A DNA stretch of 64,000 nt from Phoronis australis. Lineage: Eukaryota > Animalia > Phoronida. The position numbers and the translations under genes are program-made. The notes below the pieces were generated by a model. It ran no database searches. It was not told where the DNA came from and was given only the letters and a program-made list of their open reading frames with translations. Positions 39,601 to 51,600 of the stretch are shown here, one piece after another (the first letter of the stretch is position 1; each line of letters starts with the position of its first letter). The stretch spans positions 1,851,048 to 1,915,047 of the forward strand of contig NMRA01000005.1 in the NCBI GenBank assembly GCA_002633005.1. The letters run 5' to 3'.

Positions 39601-42600
39601 GAGCGAACTTTCGAATGGATCCGATTACTGGTGTGCCCCCTAGTGCCAATTTTAGTTTTTTACACTTACCTCAGTCTATATCTTCAAAGATCCTCAACAT
39701 ATTTTCATAAAATGCGGCATATAGACATCTATCAGTGAGATGATGCTATCCTCTTGTTTTCAGGTGGATTTGGCGTAGTTTGTGCCACCCAGTGGCCATT
39801 TTTGCTGTTTTCGAGTCTGTTTTTTGGTTTCCACCCCTCTATCAACCAAACCTCTCTAAGGATGATTGTGGAAATTGGCATATATGTTTTTACTATAAAG
39901 AAGATGGCTGATTTTCCGATGATTTCAACTACTGTGGTGACTCCTAGTGCCAGTTTTGTTTCTGTCTGCGCCCATGGCTGTATCTACTTAACCGTTGGCA
40001 GGATCTTTACCAAATTCTGCAAATGTATTTATATGATGTTGGCAATGGATCTCGACGACTTTCGGACGGATCTGACTACCGGTGTGCCCCCTAGTGGCAA
40101 TTTAATTTGTTTACATTTTGCCTTTGTATCTTCAAAGGTCCTCAACGTATTTTCATAAAATTTGAAACATAGGCATCTATTAGTGAGCTGACGCTATCCT
40201 TTCATGTTTGGATGGATTTGACGTAGATTGCTCCACCTAGTGACTGTTTTTACTGTTTTTTAGTCTGTTTTTTGGCATCCACCCCTCTATCAACCAAACC
40301 GCTCTAAGGATGATTGATTGTGAATATTGGCGTGTATATTCTTACTACAAAGCTGATGATGATTTTCTGATGACTTCGACTACTGTGGCGCCTCCTAGTG
40401 GCAGTTTTTTTCTTGCTCCCATGGCTGTATCTCCTAAACCGTTTGCAGCATCTTTGCTAAATTTAGTAAGTGTATTTATATGATGCTGACAACGGATGAC
40501 AACAACTTTCAGACGGATCTGACTACCAGTGTGCCCCCTAGTGGCAATTTTTATTTTTTAGGCTTATCTCTGTATCTTCAAAAGTCATTACAGCGTTTTC
40601 CCGTTGCTCCCAACTTGTTTGATTCTATAGCCCAACAACAAGTTGGGAAGTTTACCCCAGTTGTAGCCAATGTCTTACACAACTGATTAACTCCATTCTG
40701 GCATTTATGGTTGGAGGGTCAGCTCTCTTTTGTTCCGTAATTGCTCTAATCTCCAATAAGATCCTATCTACCCTGACTGGGTTGTGCTGCTAAAAAGAAA
40801 AGTTAGGGCATAACATATTAATTGAACATAAACCAATAGCATTTCTGAAATCTTAATCAAATGGTGATCATGTTCAGTTATTGAATTGCCAAAATCGCAC
40901 AACTGCAACCGAAGTTACGACAATCTATTGTTTACGAATACACCAATTCACTTTAAGTTTGACTGTGTTCACACGTGGTCTGTAATAAGCCTGGTAGATA
41001 ATTGGCCTGCCTGTTGTTGTAACTGACAAAAGAGTGCGCTTGGTAGTTAACAATTGAAAGAAGCTAGATGTTATCACATGCTCAGAACCCCCTACGTCTG
41101 GAAAAGTCACTGAACGGGAAAACGCTGTCATGTCCTCAACGGATTATCAGAAAGTTTGGAATATAAGCATTTATTGGTGAGTTGATGCTCCGCTTTCGGA
41201 TGAAATCGAGGTACTTTGCACCACCTAATGGCCATTTTTCCTGTTTTCGAGTCTTGTTTTTTGGCGTCCTCCCCTCGATCAACCAAACCATTCTGAGGAT
41301 GATTTGGAAAATTGGCGTATATGTTGTCAGTGTGAAGAGGATGGTTGACGATAACGAATTCGACTACTGTGGTACCTCCCAGTGGTAGTTTAATTTGTTT
41401 TGTTTTGCGCTCATAGCTGCATCTCCTAAACTCACTGCAGGATCTTTATTAAACTTAGTAATTGTATTTACATGAAGCTAACAACAGACAACGAAGTCTT
41501 TCAGGCGGATCCAACCGGAACCTGTGCCCCATAGTGGCAATTTCATTTTTTCTGTTTTCCTTTGTTTCTTTAAAGTTCCTTGACAGATTTTTTAAAAAAT
41601 TGTGAAATAGCGATGGCATGTTCCCATTTTCAGATGGATTGGACGTTTTTGAAGGCTATTTTTATGAAACAAATAAACAACTCTAGAAGCACTCCGTTTG
41701 CGGTGCATTCGTGGGTGCATTTCAACGCTCTGCATTGCTCTTGTTTGACAAAATTTCTGTTGATCACTTATCTGTCGATTTGTGTTTAATGCAATGGTCT
41801 CTAAACTGCTCTTTGTTGTGGTTGAATTAACTCAAATTCAAAACAATTCTGATTGAGGATCTGAGTTTGAAATGTCAGACATGAGACGGGGTACGTACTG
41901 GGACTAATGGGGTTATATATTTCAACCAAACCTGTCCTTGATCATCAATAGGGTTTTTCACCTGAAATTTTTAATACTGTATATGCCCCATGTATGAGGT
42001 TAAGACTTCAAAATAAAGGCTTGTAACAATTCACCAAGAAATAAGTTTATAATGTGTTTGGTAATAGTCACTTATAGGGGTAGAACTCTGGAGTTCCTGT
42101 AAATAAATTGATTTGTTGTGTTTATAAAAAACGGAATTGAAGATCATCTTTGATTGTGAAAATTGTACTCATATTCGACCATTTTTATACGGAGTTCTGC
42201 CCTACCTCAAGTATTCCAAAATAAATTGAAAGATCTAGCAAAACTCATTCAAGACACTTTGGAGGTAGAAGTAATTAGTTGTTTGTAAACTAGTTTGAAG
42301 TTGTCAGATTTGAGTTTTTGTATTATGTTATGTTATGGTTTAATTAGTATAGAGTGACTGAGTAAGCCCATTGAGGCTGGGAGGGGGGGGCCAATATCCT
42401 GTATTTGAATGACATTATGTATTCACTGGCACCCTTATGTCACTATAATAAATAAAGAAATGATAATAAATACAGGGTTCTCAGATTTTGAGAACCAGTT
42501 TTCTCCACTGAATAACAAACGTCACTGAAACTCGTTCTCAAAATGCGGTACCCCTGGCCCAGTATGTGGAATTGCATCCTATGTTCTATGTATCCTCAAA

Positions 42601-45600
42601 CTTAATTTAGCACTAAGAAATGGAGTTCTAAAGAATTAGTCCTGAAAGAGTTAAAACCTACAATATGAAACACGTTGGATTTTTTGTTTACTTCAAGAAA
42701 GTTGGTTTACTATTTAATAAAAAAAATACATTGTTCACTGATTTCCTTCCTTTCGAAATAAACATAAACTGATTTTATTTTTCTTACGTTTCACTTAATT
42801 ACGTTAAAGACATTTCTTATGTTTATTTTCCAAGAACCTCAAATGTTGTCCTCACATTGATTAAAACAATTATCATTGTGGCCACTTGTGTTCGTTCTGA
42901 TCAATTGATAAATATTGCTTTAACAATAACTAAGTCCTCCTCACTTTAACAGTCATTACTAGCTTATTAATATATGTAAATAAAACAACAATAATGGATC
43001 AACTGAAATTTTCAGATATAATCACATCCTTTGTCAAAAGAAACAGAAATAAAGTAAAATCAAACACGACATGACAAATGTCAAACACTAGTATCCTTAA
43101 GAGGATCTGGATCACGTCATTTAGTTTTCAATTTATTTTTCTATGTAGCTTATTGATGGATGCAGGAAGATGGTCAGAACACTTTAATTTTCTTTTCACT
43201 TTTCTTTTTCTGTGGATGCATATGATTGTAAAGGTGCAGAGAACTAATTAATGTTTAGTAGACAGTATTTATGGTTTTCTATTCTGATATTTCCTAACTT
43301 GTTATTGATAATACTGTTCATGATAAATTAACCAATCATGCGAAGCTAACTTCCTCCGCAATAAGCTCCTTCCCCAACAGTCTGTCACCCACGAGATAGT
43401 TGTGTAAATACAACTGTGTTGAATTAAAATTATTGCCGATTTTAGTGCTTCATCGCATTTAATTGTTTTGACATTGAAATGTGCCTTCCAGACTTTGCTG
43501 CAAATTTGTATTGTCATGAAATATCGGTGTGAGTGAATCAACATGTCTAGTTTTTCTTGTATTTGCAGAACTTGCCCTGTCATGTAATTACTTTCCTTGT
43601 GAGCAGTGGTGTAAAGTTTCAGCAATCAATAACCAGATGTAATGGTTGGTTTCTGTCTTTATTTACTCTCACTCTGTCTTCTCAGGTGATCTGTCTACAG
43701 AACATCAGTCTGTTTAATTCTACACGACACTCATGAACAACGTGAATCTTTTGAAACCTTACCACATGGCTTTAGATTCCAAATTGATTGCTCAAACACT
43801 CTCCTATGGTATTAATTACAAAATAGAAATTGCTGTCCTTACCTCAGTCCGTGCCTGGCACTTCAATTGCTGCATTTAATAATTTTCTCTAACTTGGATT
43901 TCAAATTCTATAAATATTTTAAGAATCATTTTCATGGGAATAATACCATTGATTTAACTGTGATGACAAATCACTTGAAACCTATGTCAAACGGCTAAGT
44001 GTATATTATGATACATTAAAGTAATCCTGGAAAAAATATAATTTGTTTGCATTGTGTTAAACTTTCTTCAGTTTAGATCAAAACATTGTGAATGAGTTAA
44101 ATGATTATCCATATTTCTCTTCAAAATATAAAAGGGGCAATAAACCCACACTTTCTGTCAAAAACCTATACGTGTTTACTGTAATAAAATCGGCCATATC
44201 TTGTTCCTTGAGGTGACAGGCTGGAGTAGCTGCAAACCAGACTCTGATTTCTTGTCACGGCAGTTTAGTTTCAGTCACCGAGGCAGCATGGCCCTCAGAT
44301 TTATAGCCAATTTCAATCAAAACAAAGATGCTATGGAAACCAAATACACCTGACTGTGAAGAAAATTGATGTTTGTAGCACTGGAATGTGGTTTGTTGCA
44401 GCTTTAATAAAACTTCCTTCTTTCTTAATATTAAATAATACGTTACTAGTTCAACTTAGTAACAGTTGACAAACATTTGATACTAGGCACGTAATGTAAA
44501 TAGTAACTTTGAAAAATGGAAAACATTTATTCAAGAAATTATTTTTATACCAAAATGAAGAATTTTTACAGTAATTCAAGTATTTTGCTCAAGCGATCTA
44601 CGCTATTAATGCTGGCCAGGTTTGCCATAATTACAAGTGTGTGATCATGACTTCATCATTGTAAACAGTAGCACTACTAGTCTTGTTGACATACTGTGTG
44701 CAGAACATATCGTGCCTTACTATATTAGTTGAGCCTTGTGCAGGAGACAGCTTCCTATCTGCCCTTGGCTTGTTAGTTACTGTGGTATCACACGATCCAT
44801 TGATTGGGCCTTGATTGGCAGCTGTCTCTTGTTTACAGTACCCATTTGTTGGCCTCATGACAGCTGTCCTGTGACTGCTTCCACTTGCAGTTCCTATGTT
44901 ACCTTTTGTTTCGTCCATGCAGTTCTTACTTTTCCCTTTCCATGTTTTTTCTTTGTAGCCGTTACCTGCTTTTTCTTGACTATCATTTCCTCCGTTGGTT
45001 CCTCCCCCTTTAGACCCTGGCAGTGTGTGATTGTCATTCACTGTGTTGTTGATTAGTGTGTCTGGATAGTCATCTGAAGTCACTTTCATTCCTGCAGCCT
45101 TCTTGAAGGCAAACCTGAAGTCTTTAGTTGCCCAAGCGTACAAGAGGGGGTTGATGGCCGAGTTAGCGTGACTGAGCCAAATTGCACATAGCAGAAGTGG
45201 GAATGGATATTGGCAATCCTTGCACAGCACTGTTATCGCATTGAGAGTGTGCAAGGGCAACCAACACAGTGCAAAAAACAGGAGAATTGTAAAAAGAGAC
45301 TTGGCTGCCCGCAGCTCTTTGTAGAATCGTTTCCGTCTCTGTTCTGCGTGTGTTGTGTTGGCTCCGATGTGAAGGACTGCAATGCGTCGTGTGTGTTTGA
45401 CGACAACGCAAAATATGTAGCTATAAATAACGAACATGATCACTAGCGGTGTTAGGACACAGCCAAAGAAGTTAAAGTAGACCATGTATTTCATGTCTAT
45501 GATAGCCACAAAATAGCACACTGGTTGCACTGGTGTGAGATTCCAACCAAACATGGGTACCATACCAAGAAGTGTTGCTATTGTCCATGTTATTGATATT

Positions 45601-48600
45601 AGTACAAACGATCTTCTCTTTGTCCACACTTTATGATATGTGTACGGGTCTCTGATAGCGGCACAGCGCTCTATTGCTATCAACAATAAGGCAAAAATAG
45701 AAATCTGCGTCAAAATAACGACCATCGAGTTCATAAATAAACATGTGTAGAAATCTGTTGTCACATTCTTGTCCACAATGATCGCAAATGGAATGGCGAC
45801 AAGTCCGACTAAAAGATCTGCTGCGGCTAATGACGCAATGTAAAAATTAGTCACGCGTTGTAGAAATCGGTTCTTGGCAATAGCGTACAGCACAAAAAAG
45901 TTGCCAACGATGGACACCAATGCAATGATCAGCTCTACGGCCATATTAATGGTACTGAGGATGTCTTGCTCTCGGTTGGCGTCATCATACGTGCCATTTG
46001 TCTTGTTACTTAGGTCACCACACGATCCGTTGGAACACTGAACATTCTCCATTTGGTACCTTGTTAGCGTGGTGCGCTCCTATCAAATTAATTTCTCATG
46101 GTTGCTTATTTAGTCTCCCTGCGTCTTCCTGAAAAAGTTTGACAATGGCGATAAGAATAGTGTTGAACAAGCCAAGTCATTAACAGTTCAAAAGATGCCT
46201 AAAAATGTAATTTAACCTGTAAAGACTTTTACCATGACAATCTGGGAAGTAAAATAATGATTTTTCAGAATGTATTTTTAGTAGCAACAAACAAAAGTTT
46301 CATGGAGTTTCCATTCTTATATGCTGAGAGCAAAAATGTGTAAAAACGTCTTATGTCTAAATTGTTACATTTGGTTTTTCTGAACTGCAAATCTTTGTGA
46401 AATTCCGGGCTTCCAAACATCTATTGTTAAGTTTCTTAAAAATTTCGGGCTTCCAAACAAATGTAAAATCATTTCTTAAGAATTTTTCCCTTTTTGAAAA
46501 AATTCTTAACAAATTTTGAACAATTTATGATTTTCCAGCAGTTCAGATGATTTGGTCATTGAAGTCAGAATTAATGTTAACTAATATCTTTTGCAAGAAA
46601 ATGTCTTTCTTAAATCAAAAAATATGAAATGTCAAACTCAATCTAACTGTTAATTGTGTTTGATTCAAATTTTTGGTTAAATATTTCCTAGCAACGTTTA
46701 ACTAATTACATCAGTGTTTTCTTTATTATACAATTGTTTGTTTGCTCAAACTTATCCTATCAACTCTCCTGTTAACTCTGGTACACATTTCTTTTCAGCT
46801 TGCCAGTACAATGCTGACCTTGTTTGACCCCACCCTGGAGCCTGAACCTGAGGCCCCTCAAGACATGCTTAAGCTAATTCCAATGTACAGAGCTCCAAAG
46901 ATACAAGGTGGAATACTGCCAGGTGTGTGAATATACTTCTAATGAGCCGTCATGCTAGATAATGAATAACCTCATACTATTAGGTAAAAACAATATACCT
47001 GGTTTTGCATGATAAAAATTCTTTTTTTTCTCCTGGGACGTCAAAGGAAATTACTGCAGCAATATATTCTGACTATACTTAATGTTTTTAGTTTAACCTC
47101 AAGCAATTTTACTTCTTGACTGTATGCATGTGTCATGTTATAAATAAATGTTACCAGAGATTTTTTATGAATGTGAACATGGTTGTTGTTATAAGTGAAA
47201 CAATGACAAATAGTAATTAATTTGCACTTTCTGACAATTTGACTTAACTAAGTTTGGTTTTCCAACTGCTCTGTTTAGCACTTTGCCATTGGTCACTTGC
47301 TATTGTTCAGCATGTTACCAAGCATCTATGATTGAAATGATTACACCCCTAACCTGTTCTCAGTATGTGACATTACTTTAAAGACCCACGCAGCACTCGA
47401 GTTGTGCTGAAAACGTATACTCGAACGTGGAATGGTTCAAGTTAGCAGCAAGAAATTTGTCTAAACAATGGATGAATTTTGTTTAGTCCAATATTTTATC
47501 ACAACTGTGCAATTTGGAACTCGCCATATTAAAAACACAAACAACATATTGGACACTAAAACCTATACATGCAGCTCCCTTCCCTCAGTTCAGTCACTAT
47601 GGTGAACATTCTCCAATGTGGAACATCATAATCCAAACTGAATGTGACTTCCTGATTCTGAACCATTAACTGCTCCTTTGTTCAAAACTGACTGTGTTCT
47701 TTGGGGGGGGATATGATTTGTCAGATAAGCTGCTCTGTTATAGATCTTTAGCTAGCGTGCCCAAGTTGTATTACCGTAATCGTTCGGGTTAACGCCCATG
47801 CTCAGTTAACCGCCCATCCCCGACTTTAAGTGGATTTTCGATTTATCCGCCCCCTGCTCGGTTAAGCGCCCCCCTGCGATTTTTGAAAAATTCCAGTTAA
47901 GCGCCCATCCCCGACTTTTAAAGAATGAAGATTTAGCGCATAGTGCTAAGGAAACAAGCGATTCCCCGACTTTTAGAAAAAGATCGATGATCACAATGAG
48001 TGCAATGACGCCGGGACTCCGAGGCGGTGGTTTAGCAATCTGAATTACAATACAGGTAACGAGTTATTGTCTTGGGTCATGAACTCACTTCAAAACATAA
48101 TACTTGAACTTTTTTGTCACTTTATTTTCTTCTCTTGTTTGCAAAGTTCAAGAACGCCGCCGGCGTCAAAACCTCCGCTTTCAGCGACTTTGTCTGCCGC
48201 GCTAAGTTTCCGTCTGCAGTGCACTAGATAAAACATATGTTCGAAAAAATCAGACCAGAGAAATGTGACAGTGGTTTTGCCTACCCTCCAAATTCTATTA
48301 AGGTGGGAAGCTCTCGTATTTTGAACAAATCTCACAACTCACGGAAAGATGTCAAATTCTCAATATTTTGATGAGTATAATTGCCGGGTTATAGAGGATC
48401 GGAGGCGACCGAAGGGACAGTACAAGTGCCTTACTGGGTTACCGATTTCGTTGCTGCCTGTCGATTTCTGAATTCAAACGTTGGCAATAATGTATGTTTG
48501 TGTATGATCTTGAAGTAATAAAAAACGGCTAGTCAAATTTTGTTTTTCGCTTATTGCATCGCAGTCAAACTGGTTAGCAGATTTAACTAATGTCGCTGGC

Positions 48601-51600
48601 TGTTCTTTACTATTTCTTGCGTCAGTCCCCACGTAAGCGCGACTGTGTGAATTATCGTTTCCACATCCCCTTTTTAGCCATCCAGAATAATTTTGTTTAT
48701 ACATTGGCCATTTTCAGCCTGAACAAAAATTCTTACCATTCGAGTCTGAAATATCTACGACGTAGACTGCTTGACGATAGTGGGTAGGAGATTCATGCAG
48801 CTAGTTACAGGGATGGGCTTAGGGAGCTTCGAGCCGGGAAATATGGGAATAGACTTGACATCGCAGTTTTGGGGAACATTGAGGAATATTGTAAAGAACT
48901 AGGTCTTTCGTAACAACAGCTTAAAAGTACATAGTCACGCCCGTTTTTGTTACTTCGTCGGACTGTCGCTATGTGTGACTGATTTGTAGTGGTGCACGTG
49001 CGCAAGTTCCCACACTTTGGAGTGCATGTTACCTTGACACCAACATGTGATTGACAGGTGAATCACACGTAGGCCCTACGTGCGTGCTGAATACCGCCAC
49101 TATCTTTGGCCATAAAAAACGAGATGCATATTGAAAGAGGCCGTTATATTACTTGACGGCATTTCTAAGTCACGATTGTCAGCCGACTGAGACATTGCAC
49201 GATAACAGCGGGACCGAACAGTGCCGCAGTGCGATATTACAAGTGATATAAATAGGATAATCTGGACATCTTGCATGAAAAATAAATGTTTTTCCACCAC
49301 GAAGTTTGGTAAGGTGATTGTTTTGTAACATATTGATGCAGTTGCTTGAAATTTTATTCTTGATTGACGACTGCTTCGACCACCCCCGATCCTTACTTCT
49401 TTGCATAGCATGTTTGGCGCAACGGTAAGAGAGCAATGCTGGGCTGTCGAGATAAGACAGCTGGCCGCAGAACCATACGCTGAAAATGTCATTGAGTCAC
49501 GGAGTGTCGACTATAACATCCCAAACACAAAAAAAACAGCAAACTTAAGTTTTTCAAACTTTTATTACAACTAATTTTAAAACTGCTCTCTGACTCAGAA
49601 CTTGACAGCTACATATAGTACGAGACTGTAACCATAAATTTGATGTCTGACCTCTACAACACATGAAGCTTGCACGCGCGCACTTAAGCTGGGTCACATC
49701 TTGAAACAGTTTTAATTCTAGTGGAGGCTGCGTGGTGACTGGTCGTCTGTGCACCGTTGGACGGCACGGGGCTATTACTCAGCAATTTTGTGAATTTAAT
49801 AGTGAATGACTAATCTGAGGGCAAGAGAACCTTTGTTGGGATCATCCGCTGTTTTGACGTTTTCACAGTCATTTGGCGACGTGACAATGACGATAAAGCT
49901 CTTTGAAAAGGGCTACGCGTTCCGAGTATGATTGTCGTGTCGGGATTTAGATCGCCAGGTAAGATTAACCGCCCAGGGCGGTTGTCTGTCGTAATAGCGC
50001 CCATGTTCGGTTAACCGCCCATCCCCTACTTTAGGTGGATTTCTGATTTAACCGGCCACTGCTCGGTTAACCGCCCTCCCCCGATTTTTTGGATTCGCCA
50101 ATTTAACCACCCAGGGCGTTAACCCGAAAGATTACGGTAATTGTCTGTGGCTAATTCTGAGTATTGCCAACAGGTGGCTACCATTACCTCAACGTGTCCA
50201 AACCAGCGCTGAGTATACCCTTGAATGTGCACATGGCACAGAATGAATATGTGAGTATTGACAACCATTTTGTCAGAATTCATTGTGCACAATTTGATTA
50301 CATAGGCCCTGCTTTGTAACTTCATTCATGTGAGATATTGCCATGTAAGCCACGGTTTAGCTGTCAGAAATGAAACCTGTCGATATTTCTTCTCAGCTAT
50401 GTAACTTTAAGTTAATACTCCACAATAATATAGATGTGTTTTTAATGATTTTGTGGAAATCTTTGCAAACATCATTGCCTATGCTCACTCAAACCACAAA
50501 ATTTCGCACAATGTTGAATAGTGCAAAATTAGACTACAATATTTTATCAGTTTCGTAGTTTTATTATTTAATAATATCATTTTCTATACCAGGAATCACA
50601 ATGCAGAAAATGTATTTGTTAAATATTTTATTTGTATTTACTTCACTAATCGGGATGATCATGTCATTTTGCAATGCGTGTGCGAACACCAGCATAAATG
50701 TTTAATATGATGCATTTGATATGGTCGATTGTAGAGTCAATGCACATCTTAGGTTACTCAAACTACACTGCTTATTCCTGTTGTGTTGACTGTATGCCAC
50801 ATATGTTCCTGTGTGACGTACTACTGGCTGCCCCAAGGAAATGCTGACTGTGTTTATCAGATTAGCAGCGTACTAAGTGTTTATGCAAACAATGTAATGA
50901 AGGATTCATTATTTTGTTGGAGAAGGGTCCTCAGCTTTCATTGCCAAAGCTCTAAAATTTGTTGTTTTGCGTTCAAATCATCTTGCACAAAAAATCATAC
51001 TGATGATTTATTCAATGTAATTTTATTTTGATGCTGCATTTTGCCCTGTTTAGCTCCCAAAAACAATGCTTGCAAACCAGATAAGCTCATAAAATTGGTC
51101 TCATAAGATTCCTTACAGCAGGAGGACATGATTTCTGTTCCAACAATAACATCGAAACCATCAGTGACTTGAGAAAATGCTTCAGATTATATTGGGGTTG
51201 GGCAGCACACCAATTTTGAATACAATGGTGAATTACATGCATTGCCTACGACTTGATTTGGTAAGAGAAATGGAATATTGTGATGAGAGTAAAAAGCCTA
51301 ACTCTTTTTTGGTTTTTAGCCATCTAAAACAGGTCGAAATGCAACTTCACTTTAATGAAATATTTATATACGAGTTAAAACTCACAATACAAGTTGTATG
51401 TCTTTACAAAATTGTCGCTATTGACACTATTCAGTTTTCATAATTCTGTTGATACCGTACATAGATGAAAAAATCATTGACAGCACCGTTATTGTCCTTG
51501 GTATAGCATGTGTACCCGTGTAGTAACACAAAGTTCATCTGAGAAGAAAGACCTGTCTGGTTAAGGAAGTGAATAACCAAATACATAAAGCACTACAAAT

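Noticed and set aside
39394-41388. 114-aa, 134-aa and 68-aa hydrophobic ORFs
   Set aside because: They are translations of the T-rich tandem array units and resemble each other for that reason.
44736-45446. Overlapping short ORFs within the GPCR
   Set aside because: Antisense or alternative-frame shadows of a long coding sequence.
48117-50004. Transposase inside the 2.4-kb element
   Set aside because: Only short ORFs (130 aa or less), none with HTH or DDE/DDD motifs that I can recognise.
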